Source: a virus
DNA length: 43,033 nucleotides
IMG/VR virus record: IMGVR_UViG_3300025291_000005
Location: 1 to 43,033 of that record
Strand: one strand, 5' to 3'
In this document: piece after piece, positions 1 through 9,576 of the stretch
Position numbering within the stretch: the first letter of the stretch is position 1
Layout: each line of letters starts with the position of its first letter
Made by a program: the position numbers and the translations under genes
Notes under the pieces: generated by a model
The model's database searches: none
What the model saw: the letters and a program-made list of their open reading frames with translations, nothing else
What the model was told of the DNA's origin: nothing

Positions 1-127
1 AATGGATGATAAGGGGTGAGGGGAATGTGGGGTCCAGTAACTGGAAGAGACGTACTAGAGTTCTTTTGTGAGTATAAGTGGTATGTACTGAAGATTTCAT
101 GTATTCCCTTCTTAATCGGATTAGGAA
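1..127. repeat. Terminal direct repeat; nt 1-127 equal nt 42907-43033 (contig wrap-around overlap)
   Basis: Both ends read aatggatgataaggggtgagggg...cttaatcggattaggaa with no mismatch seen by eye. Confidence 0.9.
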
Positions 128-150
128 CAGGGTGGATTATATGGGGATGA
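25..150 (+). CDS. Small hydrophobic peptide (41 aa, MWGPVTGRDVLEFFCEYKWYVLKISCIPFLIGLGTGWIIWG)
   Basis: Not in the ORF track (under 60 aa). An aagggg SD-like run lies upstream of the ATG. The C-terminus is hydrophobic. The stop overlaps the next ATG as ATGA (147-150). Confidence 0.35.
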   Translation: MWGPVTGRDVLEFFCEYKWYVLKISCIPFLIGLGTGWIIWG

Positions 151-290
151 CTAGAGAAGAAATGATTCGATTCGTCATTGAAGGCGGAAAAGAGTTTGGC
201 GAAGATTACAGTCTTAAAGGATTAGAGAAGATGTCTGATGGGGAATTGAAGAAACAAGTTGAATGGGTGGATTATCTGTTGGGTAAGTAA
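147..290 (+). CDS. Hypothetical protein (47 aa from ATG 147; the track gives a GTG start at 78)
   Basis: The track ORF is 78-290. GTG 78 has no SD. ATG 147 follows gggtgga and overlaps the upstream stop (ATGA coupling). Confidence 0.5.
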   Translation: MTREEMIRFVIEGGKEFGEDYSLKGLEKMSDGELKKQVEWVDYLLGK

Positions 291-340
291 TCCTAACAAA
301 ACAAACAACACAACGAACGAAAATAGAGGAGGGGAAAGAG

Positions 341-952
341 ATGGGAGAAAATAAAACAGGATTTCACGATTTATCAAATTATACAACTGAGTATGTTAAG
401 AAAGAAGATTATTTGAAGGTTGTGGAGGAAAATGAGAGGTTAAAAATAAATTCAAATGATTTATTTAAACTAACTAAATTTATTTCAGAAGAAAGAGCTT
501 GTTATGGTAGAGCTGGTGAACTTTCTGTTGATATTGCTATTGATGTGATTAAAACACTTGAAAAAGAGAAGTCGGAATTAAAAGAAGAATTAGAAACTCA
601 AATAAACAATAGGGACTGGGAAGAAAATAAAGCTAATAAACTTGAAAAAGTGAATAAATCACTTCAATACCAAGTCAATCACCATTTAAAATTTAAAAAT
701 GATTATTATGAAAAGTGGCAAAGTGTCGAAAAAGAGAACGAAAGACTACAATCACAATGGGAATTAAATTCACATAAAAACACTGAATTAATTAAAAAGA
801 ATAAGGAATTAGAAAAACAAGCCGAATCACTAAGGATGCCAACTAAGTACTTTTATACTACTTATAGTTCATTTGTAGATGCTGGTTTTAGTGAAGAGCA
901 ATCTTTTGAGTTAGTGAAAGAAACGTTTATTACTGGATTGATGAATAATTAG
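341..952 (+). CDS. Coiled-coil hypothetical protein (203 aa)
   Basis: Strong RBS gaggagggg sits before the ATG. The sequence is rich in E, K, L and N heptad-like stretches. Confidence 0.7.
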   Translation: MGENKTGFHDLSNYTTEYVKKEDYLKVVEENERLKINSNDLFKLTKFISEERACYGRAGELSVDIAIDVIKTLEKEKSELKEELETQINNRDWEENKANKLEKVNKSLQYQVNHHLKFKNDYYEKWQSVEKENERLQSQWELNSHKNTELIKKNKELEKQAESLRMPTKYFYTTYSSFVDAGFSEEQSFELVKETFITGLMNN

Positions 953-2074
953 AGGAGGAAGATAAATGTGAAAAATACGGAGAATTGAACCAGAATTGTA
1001 CGGAAACTGTGTGAAATTTAAATGGGTGAAATACTTGGTATTTTCTTGTATAATAATTATGAAGGTAGATGTATCAAGGGATTGAGTGAGATTAATGTGA
1101 AATGTTTAAAATGGTGATTGGCTAGATTGGACTACCAGAACACGAACCATACATCGTACATGCGTAGAGAATATTCGTCTAGTTAGGAAATATATTGTGG
1201 AAATAAATTGGTCAGTGCATAAAACAATACAATCCTATGCATTAATTTAGCCTCAAACCGCATCATTTCTACCATAAACTAGGAGAAAATGGTGCAATGT
1301 ATAAGAATAGCTGATTTTATGCATTCAATAAACACCATAATAACCCACCGAAACCTCAAGGTATGACTCATAAACCCCGTAAAATCAACACAAGGAACCA
1401 AATGACTTCCGGTAACATGTATTATGTAACTTGAATGTGCAATACATCACATACTTAAGAATAAAGTACTGGTAATATTTCTAGATTAAACAGGTGTATT
1501 TTTCTAAAGACTAAACACACCTAGATTTTGCTGGGAAGATTAGCAGAGTATAAACCCTAGCTTAAATACCTACATCGGATAGCTACTCAGATACTTCAAC
1601 TATCCTTTCTCGTCATCCTCACTTTGAATGATGATTCATAAAGTGTTAGACATATCACTCAGTACTGATTGCCACATACAACAGTTACCACCTGCCATCA
1701 CACTACTGTGTGTCATCGCTCGTCAGCTACTACCTACCACCACACAGCATCACACCATAGTGCCATACTACTGATAGTGTGTGTCCTCTCTATCTCTTAC
1801 TATGATGCTACTATGTCTTATCTTTGTTTTATTCCTCGATAACAAAAGAAAATATTATTTGTTATTTACTTTATTTATTCCTTTGCCATTTATCTTTTTT
1901 ATTTTTTTGTTTTTAAAAAAATAAATTTTAGTAGGTGGGGGTACCTTCAAAAAAATTTTTTGGGCTGGATGTAGTCACAATATATAAAATTTCATTTGCA
2001 CACGTCAGCCGGTCTTCCCAAATTTTTTCCCCAAAACATCGCCCTCGATTTTAAACCAGAAAGGAGAGTTCAAT
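953..2074. other. 1.1-kb ORF-free tract upstream of terS; candidate packaging-recognition or late-leader region
   Basis: No ORF of 60 aa or more apart from one spurious antisense ORF. It has a sigma-A-like promoter (gtgaaa-17-tataat near 1024-1052), a G-depleted CTACT/CACAC-rich block (1560-1800) and A/T-tract palindromes (1905-1962). Confidence 0.4.
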
Positions 2075-2581
2075 ATGACTAAAAAAGTAGACCACACAGA
2101 GAAATTCCCCTCTGATCCTCCCGAATGGAATGGTGTAGACCTACGAAAACTTAAAGAGAGACATCGTTCTATCCTTCGTGAACTTGTAGCCTCTGAATTC
2201 AATTACGAAGAAGTAGCTAATAAGTTTGAATTCCACGTTGGTTCAATCTATCGAATTGCTTCATACGAAAAGTCTCGTGCTTACCTTAGTTGGCTTGCGA
2301 AAGGTGATAGGGACGGACAAATTGCTTCTGCTCAAGAAGTCCTCGAACGTTTAACTTCTATTGCTCGTGAAGATACTTACGATGTCCATATTACCCCTAA
2401 AGGTCAAAAAGTAGTGAAGAAAGTAGACAATAGAGACAGTTTGAAAGCATTAGAACTGCTAGGTAAGTCTCATGCGTTATTCGTTGATAAAATCCAACAA
2501 TCTCAAGAAACAACGATTGTGGTTGATATTGATATGTCAGATGATACAGATTTTGACCAAGATCAAGAAACAGAAGAATAA
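2075..2581 (+). CDS. terS: Terminase small subunit (P27/Terminase_4-like)
   Basis: 168 aa, directly upstream of terL. It has the motif NRDSLKALELLGKSHALF, an acidic C-tail and the RBS aaaggagag. Confidence 0.7.
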   Translation: MTKKVDHTEKFPSDPPEWNGVDLRKLKERHRSILRELVASEFNYEEVANKFEFHVGSIYRIASYEKSRAYLSWLAKGDRDGQIASAQEVLERLTSIAREDTYDVHITPKGQKVVKKVDNRDSLKALELLGKSHALFVDKIQQSQETTIVVDIDMSDDTDFDQDQETEE

Positions 2582-2734
2582 TCACTTATGAGGGTGCTAG
2601 ATAGCTAGTATCCTCAAATCCTCTTTTCTGAGTAAAGCTCAGGAGTTCCCCGATTTCTCTCCTCAATTGAATATCGTGATCATGGAATCCCTCCTAACTT
2701 TACTCCTGGGCCTTACTGAGGAAGGAGGACTTCA

Positions 2735-3985
2735 ATGAAAGAACAACCTCAAATTAACATTACAATTAAGAAGCGATTCTTCAATGAATGTTACCTACCT
2801 TATCTCAATATTAAAGAACGATTATTAGTTCTTTATGGCGGAGCTGGTTCTGGAAAGTCTGTATTTGGAGTGCAACGCTCTGTAATTAAGCTTTTGAAGA
2901 ACAAACGGAAGATGCTAGTTGTTCGTAAAGTCACAAATACAATACGTGAATCTATCTTCGCTGAGTTCAAGAAGGCTTTATCTACATTCGGTATCTTAGA
3001 ACACTGCAAGATATCAGAATCAAACTTCAGTATCAAACTTCCAAACGGCTCTGAAATCATATTCAAAGGGATGGATGATCCAGAGAAGATTAAATCTATC
3101 CAAGGTCTGGATGACATTCTAATTGAAGAAGCCACAGAATTAACCCTCGATGACTATTCGCAGTTAAATCTCCGACTTCGTTCGAAGAAGAAAAACAATC
3201 AGATAGTCCTCATGTATAACCCGACATCCAAAGCAAATTGGGTTTATAAAATGTTCCACGAAACAAAACCACCGAAGAGCTGTAAAGTTGTCCACACCAC
3301 ATATAAGGACAATAAGTTCTTACCTCAAACGTATATTGATTCACTCCATGATCTTATGAGAACAAATAACGCCTACTATAAGATTTATGCACTGGGTGAG
3401 TTCGCAACATTGAGTAAAACAATATACGAAAACTGGGAAGTATCTGACTTTAATGTTATGGATTTATTTAAATCGGGATTGAAGTCATATCACGGCATGG
3501 ACTTTGGTTACAGTCAGGATCCTACCACTTTAGTTTGTGCAATTCCTGATATTAAGAATAAGATTCTTTATATTTACGATGAACACTACGAAAAAGCTAT
3601 GACGAACAGAGACATTTACAACATGTTATCTTACAAGCAATATACAAAACAAAGAATCATAGCTGATTCATCAGAACCTAAGTCGATTGAAGAACTCAAA
3701 AGACTAGGTATCTATCGTGTAAAGCCCGCACGCAAGGGTAAAGATTCCATCAATCATGGAATTCAATTTATCAAGCAATTCAAGATTATTGTTCATCCTA
3801 AATGTGAGAAGACAAAACTTGAGCTTGAGAACTATGTATACAAAAAAGATAAGTCAACAAATGAGTATACAAATGAACCAATAGACAATTTTAACCACAT
3901 TTTAGATGCTTTACGGTATGCACTTGAAGAAGTAATGCCTCGTAACCGAGCTAGAAGTATGAGTAAAGCTCTTCTAGGATTATAG
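2735..3985 (+). CDS. terL: Terminase large subunit (PBSX/phage_term_2-like)
   Basis: 416 aa with Walker A GGAGSGKS, a DDILIEEA Walker B-like motif and a C-terminal nuclease-type region. Confidence 0.9.
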   Translation: MKEQPQINITIKKRFFNECYLPYLNIKERLLVLYGGAGSGKSVFGVQRSVIKLLKNKRKMLVVRKVTNTIRESIFAEFKKALSTFGILEHCKISESNFSIKLPNGSEIIFKGMDDPEKIKSIQGLDDILIEEATELTLDDYSQLNLRLRSKKKNNQIVLMYNPTSKANWVYKMFHETKPPKSCKVVHTTYKDNKFLPQTYIDSLHDLMRTNNAYYKIYALGEFATLSKTIYENWEVSDFNVMDLFKSGLKSYHGMDFGYSQDPTTLVCAIPDIKNKILYIYDEHYEKAMTNRDIYNMLSYKQYTKQRIIADSSEPKSIEELKRLGIYRVKPARKGKDSINHGIQFIKQFKIIVHPKCEKTKLELENYVYKKDKSTNEYTNEPIDNFNHILDALRYALEEVMPRNRARSMSKALLGL

Positions 3986-4003
3986 AAGAAAGGAGACGAG
4001 TAT

Positions 4004-5461
4004 TTGAGCACTGAAGCTATTTATAACCATATAGTAATGCCTACGTTACACCCTCGAAAGAAACAATACCTCAAAAGCGTAACGGACATCCCAAAGATTA
4101 TCGAAGTTGTCTGCTCACAGTCAATCCTTAAAGGTGACTACGCCTTTTTACGCCGTTACTATGAAGGAATCCACGATATAAATATCAGAGGATTCGAAGA
4201 CCCTTACAAGCCAAACAATAGAGTGGCCCACAACTTCCCAAAGATCATCGTAGATACTGCTTCAAGCTACTTCACAGGTAAACCTGCAACGATACAATGC
4301 AGTAACCCCAAAGCAGAAAAAGAACTTCTCAAAATAAACCGTTACAATCAAGTAGACGATGTGAATTATGAACTGGACAAGCTGTCTAATATGTTTGGTC
4401 ATGCTTACGAGATTCACTGGGTGGATAAACATAAAGACAAGACAGTCCATCGCTTCAAGTATGTATCTCCAGAGAATGCTGTCATGTTCTTCTCTCCAGA
4501 TATGCACGAGGAGCCTATAGCCTTTGTGATATGGAAAGAAGTTGAAGATAGTGTCACAAAGCTTAAACACTTCGACATTCAACTCTACGATGATACCAAC
4601 GTTACTGAGATTCGAGTGGATCGTAATACAAATGAATTCACTATAGGGAAATCCGACCCTCACAAGATGCCTTCCCTCCCTGCTATCGAGTTTCTAAACA
4701 ATGAAGAAAGAAAATCCTCCTTCGAGACAGTCATCCCCTTAATAGATGCCTACAACAAAGTCGTATCCGATACAGTGAACGATGTAGAATACTGGGCAGA
4801 CAGTTACCTTCTATTGAGAGATATGGCAGGTACAGACTCAGAAGATGTTGCTGCGATGAAGAAACAAAGAGTCATGCTTGTAGAAGGCTCAGGAGATGCT
4901 TCTTTCCTTACAAAGCAAACGAACGATAGACATCTAGAGAACATCAAAGATAGATTGACTCAAGATATCCATAAGTTTTCGCAGGTGCCTAACTTACATG
5001 ATGAACAATTTGCATCCAACTTATCAGGGGTGGCTATCAAGTGGAAGATGAAAGACCTCGAAGACAAGACAGCCCAAAAGGAACGGAAGTTCACTAAGTC
5101 TATGGAAAAGAGACATGAACTTATATTAGGTACAGTCAAGTTTCTATCTGTGTCTGAAGAGTTATTCACTGAAGACGACATCATAGATATTACTTTCATC
5201 AGAAATATACCAGCAAACATTATCGAGCTTGCTGAGTTAGCTGCAAAGATACCTCCGAATTTATTCTCCAATGAAACACTTCGAGCTCAGTTCCCTATCA
5301 AGTACAACGAAGAGCAAGAAAAGAAACGTATTGAAGAGGAACAGAAAAGCAAAGTCAATGCTGAGATGGGGAGTAACCCTTTCCTTTCGAAAGAAGGGAC
5401 ACCTCCTCAGAATGCCGACCCTAAAGCATCTCCTCCAAGCGAACCTCCTAAGGAGGAATAA
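4004..5461 (+). CDS. Portal protein (SPP1 gp6-like)
   Basis: 485 aa with a TTG start after aaaggagacg. It lies between terL and the MuF-like gene. Confidence 0.8.
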   Translation: MSTEAIYNHIVMPTLHPRKKQYLKSVTDIPKIIEVVCSQSILKGDYAFLRRYYEGIHDINIRGFEDPYKPNNRVAHNFPKIIVDTASSYFTGKPATIQCSNPKAEKELLKINRYNQVDDVNYELDKLSNMFGHAYEIHWVDKHKDKTVHRFKYVSPENAVMFFSPDMHEEPIAFVIWKEVEDSVTKLKHFDIQLYDDTNVTEIRVDRNTNEFTIGKSDPHKMPSLPAIEFLNNEERKSSFETVIPLIDAYNKVVSDTVNDVEYWADSYLLLRDMAGTDSEDVAAMKKQRVMLVEGSGDASFLTKQTNDRHLENIKDRLTQDIHKFSQVPNLHDEQFASNLSGVAIKWKMKDLEDKTAQKERKFTKSMEKRHELILGTVKFLSVSEELFTEDDIIDITFIRNIPANIIELAELAAKIPPNLFSNETLRAQFPIKYNEEQEKKRIEEEQKSKVNAEMGSNPFLSKEGTPPQNADPKASPPSEPPKEE

Positions 5462-5463
5462 CC

Positions 5464-6249
5464 ATGGTAACTAAGAAACAACAATGGCTTATAGATGAAA
5501 CTGAGAGGGTAGCTCGAGAATTACATGACAATATCGAAGACTATCTCCACATTTTAGATAAACGATATCAAGATATTCTCGGGAGTCTCCTTGCAGACTT
5601 ATCTAGGGTACTTAATAGGTCTGACCCTGATGCATTCAAACAAGCTAGACTTCAAGAGTTGATATATCAGACTCAAGCGAGGATCACATCACTAGGTGGT
5701 GAAGTAGCTGATGAGTTGAAAGACAAACTTCAAAAAATATCCTCAGAGTCTAAACTTGCTCATGATGCAATCATGGAAAAGATAGCCCCAAAGGATTTAA
5801 AAACCTTTGTAGGTCTCCCAGTGGGAGCTATAGACATTGCTACAATGTTTGCTTACAAGGATTATGCTTTCGAGACTTCAATCAACAAAGCAATCCTTAA
5901 AACGGGAGAGAAGCTGAACGATATCATCGTTGAAGGCATTTCCAAAGGGTGGGGAATCACTCAATATACTAAAGAGATTCAGGAAGCAATGGACTCCCAA
6001 GCTTACTACGCTAAACGAATAGCTCGTACAGAAACCTCACGAGTCTACAATGAAGCTGCAAGCCAATCTTATAGGGACTATGGTGTCACTAAAGTAGAGT
6101 GGTTAGCAACTTTAGAGAAGAGAACTTGTGCAAGATGTGCGGCTCTTCACGGTAAGAAATTCAATATGAATGACGTTCCACCTATTCCGTTACACCCTCA
6201 TTGCAGATGTACGACGGTACCTGTAGAGATTAACGGAGTAAAACTTTAA
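5464..6249 (+). CDS. Head morphogenesis protein (Phage_Mu_F / SPP1 gp7 family)
   Basis: Carries YAKRIARTETSRVYNEA and a C-terminal Cys cluster (CARCAALHG...HPHCRC). Confidence 0.8.
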   Translation: MVTKKQQWLIDETERVARELHDNIEDYLHILDKRYQDILGSLLADLSRVLNRSDPDAFKQARLQELIYQTQARITSLGGEVADELKDKLQKISSESKLAHDAIMEKIAPKDLKTFVGLPVGAIDIATMFAYKDYAFETSINKAILKTGEKLNDIIVEGISKGWGITQYTKEIQEAMDSQAYYAKRIARTETSRVYNEAASQSYRDYGVTKVEWLATLEKRTCARCAALHGKKFNMNDVPPIPLHPHCRCTTVPVEINGVKL

Positions 6250-6310
6250 GTAGCACAACCTAAAAAAATCAACTTATGAGGGCTACGGCACTCGAAAGGG
6301 GAAAACGGAA

Positions 6311-6946
6311 ATGACAAACGAAATCACTATTGAGCAAGTACAAGAGTTTTTAGGAAGTAATCCAGAAGCAGCAAACGCAGTGGCGCCTTCACTGTTTACT
6401 GCAGAACGTTTGGAATCTCATTTAGAAACTGATGAAGGTAAGAAGTTTTTACAACCTAAATTAGACTCATTCTTTAGTAAGAGCTTAGGTGTTTGGAAGC
6501 AAAACCATTTACAGAAATTAATGGATGATGCTGTACTTGCAGCAAACCCTGCTGAAACGCCTGAACAGAAACGCATTAAAGAGTTAGAACTCAAATGGCA
6601 GCAATCTGAGAAGCAAGCTGTCCGAGCACAGCAACGATCTACTGCGTTATCTCTAGCAACTGAGAAGAAATTACCTACTGGACTAGTAGACTATTTTGTT
6701 CGTGACTCTGAGTCAGAAACTCGAGAAGCAATCAATACTTACGAGATGGAATGGAAGTCAGCCATTCAGACATATGCAGAGAACTACTTAGGAAGTAATA
6801 CTCCAAAGCCTCAGAACCCTGAAGCAGGCGGACAAGCTACACCTACAGGTAAGAGTTTTACAGAAATGTCTTACTCAGAGCGAAACGCTTTATACATGAG
6901 CAACCCTAAAGAGTTTCAACGTCAAGCATCCCTAGCAGGTATGTAA
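6311..6946 (+). CDS. Scaffolding protein
   Basis: 211 aa, helical and charged, immediately upstream of the capsid gene. Confidence 0.65.
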   Translation: MTNEITIEQVQEFLGSNPEAANAVAPSLFTAERLESHLETDEGKKFLQPKLDSFFSKSLGVWKQNHLQKLMDDAVLAANPAETPEQKRIKELELKWQQSEKQAVRAQQRSTALSLATEKKLPTGLVDYFVRDSESETREAINTYEMEWKSAIQTYAENYLGSNTPKPQNPEAGGQATPTGKSFTEMSYSERNALYMSNPKEFQRQASLAGM

Positions 6947-7012
6947 AGGCACTTGCCCTTAGTGAGACTCTATGGGCAAGATTAAACTAAATCGAAAAGA
7001 GGAATTTACATT

Positions 7013-7855
7013 ATGACAGTAGTTAACGACGTATCAAAAAGTATTAACACTGATGTTATTGCCGTAGGTATCCAATCAAAATTAGGTAAGTTAATCAAGT
7101 TTGCACCCCTTGCGGATATTGATTACACGTTAGTTTCTAATCCTGGTACAACAGTAGTATTCCCTACTTGGTCTTACATCGGAGATGCAGTAGTGGTAGC
7201 GGAAGGTGGAACGGTTAGTCGTGATGACATCAAGGCAACTTCTAAATCCTTCCCTGTATTGAAAGCTGTAAAAGATATCGTTATGACTGACGAGTCTATC
7301 TTAGCAACAAACGCTGCTGTAGTAGGTGAGGCTGAGAGTCAACTTGGAGTATCTATTTCTAACAAGGTGGACGTAGATTTACTAGGTGCCCTTAAAGCTG
7401 CTAAAACTAATGTAGACCCTAATAAGCCTTCCATTGCAACTCAAGCTGCCGAGATTTCCCAAAAAGGATTAGCACTATTACGTGTAGCTTTCGGTGAGGA
7501 TATTGAAGATGCTGTACTATTAGTATCTCCGGCAGACTATGGTGAAATCTTATCAATGAAGGAATTCGTAGCGGTTCAACAAGGTGCTCCTTTCATGGCA
7601 GGTACAGTAGGTCATGTAATGGGATTAAACATTGTAGTAACTGGACGTCTTACAAAAGGTGAAGCTTTCCTAGTTAAAGCTGGGGCTTTAGGGCTTTCGC
7701 TTAAGCGTCAAGTATTCGTGCAGACTGAGAACTTAATGGAAAAACGCTCTCAAGTAGTTGGCGCAGATATCCATTATGTGGCTTACGTGAAGAATGCTGA
7801 GAAAGCTCGTGCAGTTACTTTAACAGTCCCTGCTCCTCCTCCAACGGGAAACTAA
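7013..7855 (+). CDS. Major capsid protein
   Basis: 280 aa at the position after the scaffold gene. The composition is Ala/Val/Gly-rich and structural, and the RBS is aaaagagga. Confidence 0.8.
   Translation: MTVVNDVSKSINTDVIAVGIQSKLGKLIKFAPLADIDYTLVSNPGTTVVFPTWSYIGDAVVVAEGGTVSRDDIKATSKSFPVLKAVKDIVMTDESILATNAAVVGEAESQLGVSISNKVDVDLLGALKAAKTNVDPNKPSIATQAAEISQKGLALLRVAFGEDIEDAVLLVSPADYGEILSMKEFVAVQQGAPFMAGTVGHVMGLNIVVTGRLTKGEAFLVKAGALGLSLKRQVFVQTENLMEKRSQVVGADIHYVAYVKNAEKARAVTLTVPAPPPTGN
7846..7852 (+). promoter_or_regulatory. Candidate -1 ribosomal slippery heptamer G_GGA_AAC at the capsid stop codon
   Basis: The zero-frame codons are acg gga aac taa. The -1 frame is open from 7801 to 8013. 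Confidence 0.4.
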
Positions 7856-7881
7856 CGACGCCTGACGAGCCTGTCGCGAAG

Positions 7882-8013
7882 ATGTCAATGATGATGTCCT
7901 CGCCAGTCTCATCGGAGGCTGAGGCTACCGATGGCGAATTAACCTACGAGGATATGACTCCGTCACAAAAAAGAGCATACACAATAGCAAAAAAGAAAGC
8001 TGAAGGGACTTAA
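7882..8013 (+). CDS. 43-aa ORF in the -1 frame of the capsid gene; possibly a frameshift extension rather than an independent gene
   Basis: No SD lies upstream of ATG 7882. The frame is continuous with the slippery site at 7846-7852. Confidence 0.3.
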   Translation: MSMMMSSPVSSEAEATDGELTYEDMTPSQKRAYTIAKKKAEGT

Positions 8014-8048
8014 GTTCCCTTGAGCTTTTCTTAAAAGGAAGTGAATGT

Positions 8049-8459
8049 ATGAAAGGTTACATCACAGAAGAAGATGTTGATAAAGAATATTTGAATGCTC
8101 TCATCGAAGAATTGCTTCCTATTGTTAAACAGATAGGTAAACAGACAGACGAAAATAATGATCTTATCAAATATGCGCTCAAGTCAACAATCTATAAAGT
8201 TTTAATCTATATAAATCGTGTGGATCTTCCCGAACCTTTAAAAGATACTGTCATAGAAATGGTTTGCCGCCAAATGATTGAGTACTTAGAAGGATTAGAA
8301 ACATCTAAACCTCAAGATGTTGTTAAGAAAATTCAACGTGGTGGATTCGTCCAAGAGTTTGAAACGAAAGGGACATCTGCCAATGTGCCGCGTGGAACAC
8401 TCTTCATGAGTGATTATGTTAAGTATCTCAACAAATTTAGGCGGGTGAGGTTCGTATGA
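8049..8459 (+). CDS. Head-tail connector (gp6-like DNA packaging/connector protein)
   Basis: 136 aa and the first gene after the capsid. It overlaps the next gene (ATGA at 8456). Confidence 0.55.
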   Translation: MKGYITEEDVDKEYLNALIEELLPIVKQIGKQTDENNDLIKYALKSTIYKVLIYINRVDLPEPLKDTVIEMVCRQMIEYLEGLETSKPQDVVKKIQRGGFVQEFETKGTSANVPRGTLFMSDYVKYLNKFRRVRFV

Positions 8460-8815
8460 AGAATTATATTGTTGCAACATTTGATTCTAAGTGCAGTGTG
8501 ACTAGAAAGGTACAAGTAACAAAGTCAAATGGATCAAAAGTATTTGAAGACAAAGAAATTTACACGAACATTCAGTGTGGATTGTACGTATTTCGTTCGG
8601 AAGAATACGATCAAAGGAGAACAATTCAACCTATTACAGGTGACTTTCAAGTGTATCTTGAACAACATATCGATATCAAAGCCGGTGATCGTTTTACATT
8701 TAACTACTATGGTAGAAGCTTAAAAGGTGTGTGTGGTTCTCCAATGGTATACGAAACCCATCAGGAAGTTATTTGTCGTCATGAAGATTACGCTAAAGAG
8801 AGTGGTACAGCATGA
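8456..8815 (+). CDS. Head closure / head-tail adaptor protein
   Basis: 119 aa. It is translationally coupled to both neighbours in a conserved order. Confidence 0.5.
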   Translation: MKNYIVATFDSKCSVTRKVQVTKSNGSKVFEDKEIYTNIQCGLYVFRSEEYDQRRTIQPITGDFQVYLEQHIDIKAGDRFTFNYYGRSLKGVCGSPMVYETHQEVICRHEDYAKESGTA

Positions 8816-9189
8816 TAGAAATTACTGTACGAACTGAAGGGGTCACAAACCTTTTGAGAAACATCGAAAGAAAAATAGACTCCGAAGGCAAAAATCTTGT
8901 ACAGCGTCTCTCAGCTACAGGGGTTGCTGAAGCTAAAAGAAGAGTTCCGGTTGATACATCATTATTAAGAAACTCACTTCAGCTCAAAGCTATTCAAGTT
9001 ACTGGTGGGCGCATATCAGGTGGAATTTACTCCAATGTTTTCTATGCTCCTTATGTTGAGTATGGTCATACTATCTACGGAAAAGGATACAAACCTGGAG
9101 CCTACTACATGCATGCGGCTTATGAACTTATGCTGTCCAAGAAGGATGCAGAAGTACAGCACTTCCTAAAAGAGGTGATTAAACGTTGA
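8812..9189 (+). CDS. HK97 gp10-family tail component
   Basis: Carries the motif RRVPVDTSLLRNSL typical of the HK97 gp10 family. Confidence 0.65.
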   Translation: MIEITVRTEGVTNLLRNIERKIDSEGKNLVQRLSATGVAEAKRRVPVDTSLLRNSLQLKAIQVTGGRISGGIYSNVFYAPYVEYGHTIYGKGYKPGAYYMHAAYELMLSKKDAEVQHFLKEVIKR

Positions 9190-9560
9190 ACACAAACTAT
9201 GAAACTGAGAATGTGATGCAAACTTATGAGGATGCCTTAGTGGCTAAACTTCTAGAGATATTTCCTACATACGACATTTTCACAGCAGTGTCGGGACAGC
9301 AGCTTACAGATAACTGCCTAGTAGTTGACATTCGGTTATCCAACCTTCAAAGGGAATCTGAAAGTGTTCAGCGTAGAACCATCATGACAGACATTGGAGT
9401 GATGTCCACTGAAGGAGAATATGCCGTGGAAAATAAGCTCATGAGTATTACGCATCTCTCGTTCGGAAACATCACTAAAGTTATCAAGTCAGCTAGATTC
9501 AATAAAGTGGACGGGCTATATCATCTTACCTTCTCAATCTACTTGACTGAAATTCTATAA
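9186..9560 (+). CDS. Tail completion / tail terminator-like protein
   Basis: 124 aa with a TTG start overlapping the upstream stop. It lies just before the major tail gene. Confidence 0.45.
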   Translation: MNTNYETENVMQTYEDALVAKLLEIFPTYDIFTAVSGQQLTDNCLVVDIRLSNLQRESESVQRRTIMTDIGVMSTEGEYAVENKLMSITHLSFGNITKVIKSARFNKVDGLYHLTFSIYLTEIL

Positions 9561-9576
9561 GAAAAGAGGAAACTGA

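Noticed and set aside
1-127. Interpreting the 127-bp end repeat as a biological direct terminal repeat or cos-flanking duplication
   Set aside because: The exact length of 127 nt fits an assembler k-mer overlap. Coding sequence continues across the junction, and the terminase and portal types (PBSX-like TerL, SPP1-like portal, MuF protein) fit headful packaging better than short exact DTRs.
2005-2585. Minus-strand ORFs 2005-2202 and 2397-2585 opposite terS
   Set aside because: They are antisense to a well-supported small terminase gene and show no translation signals.
5271-5474. + strand alternative-frame ORF at the portal 3' end; also 8529-8723, 33877-34092, 20636-20938, 21109-21471, 21769-22008, 22513-23247 and 23944-24174
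   Set aside because: All are embedded in or antisense to better-supported genes, lack an RBS and have biased, nonsense-like composition.
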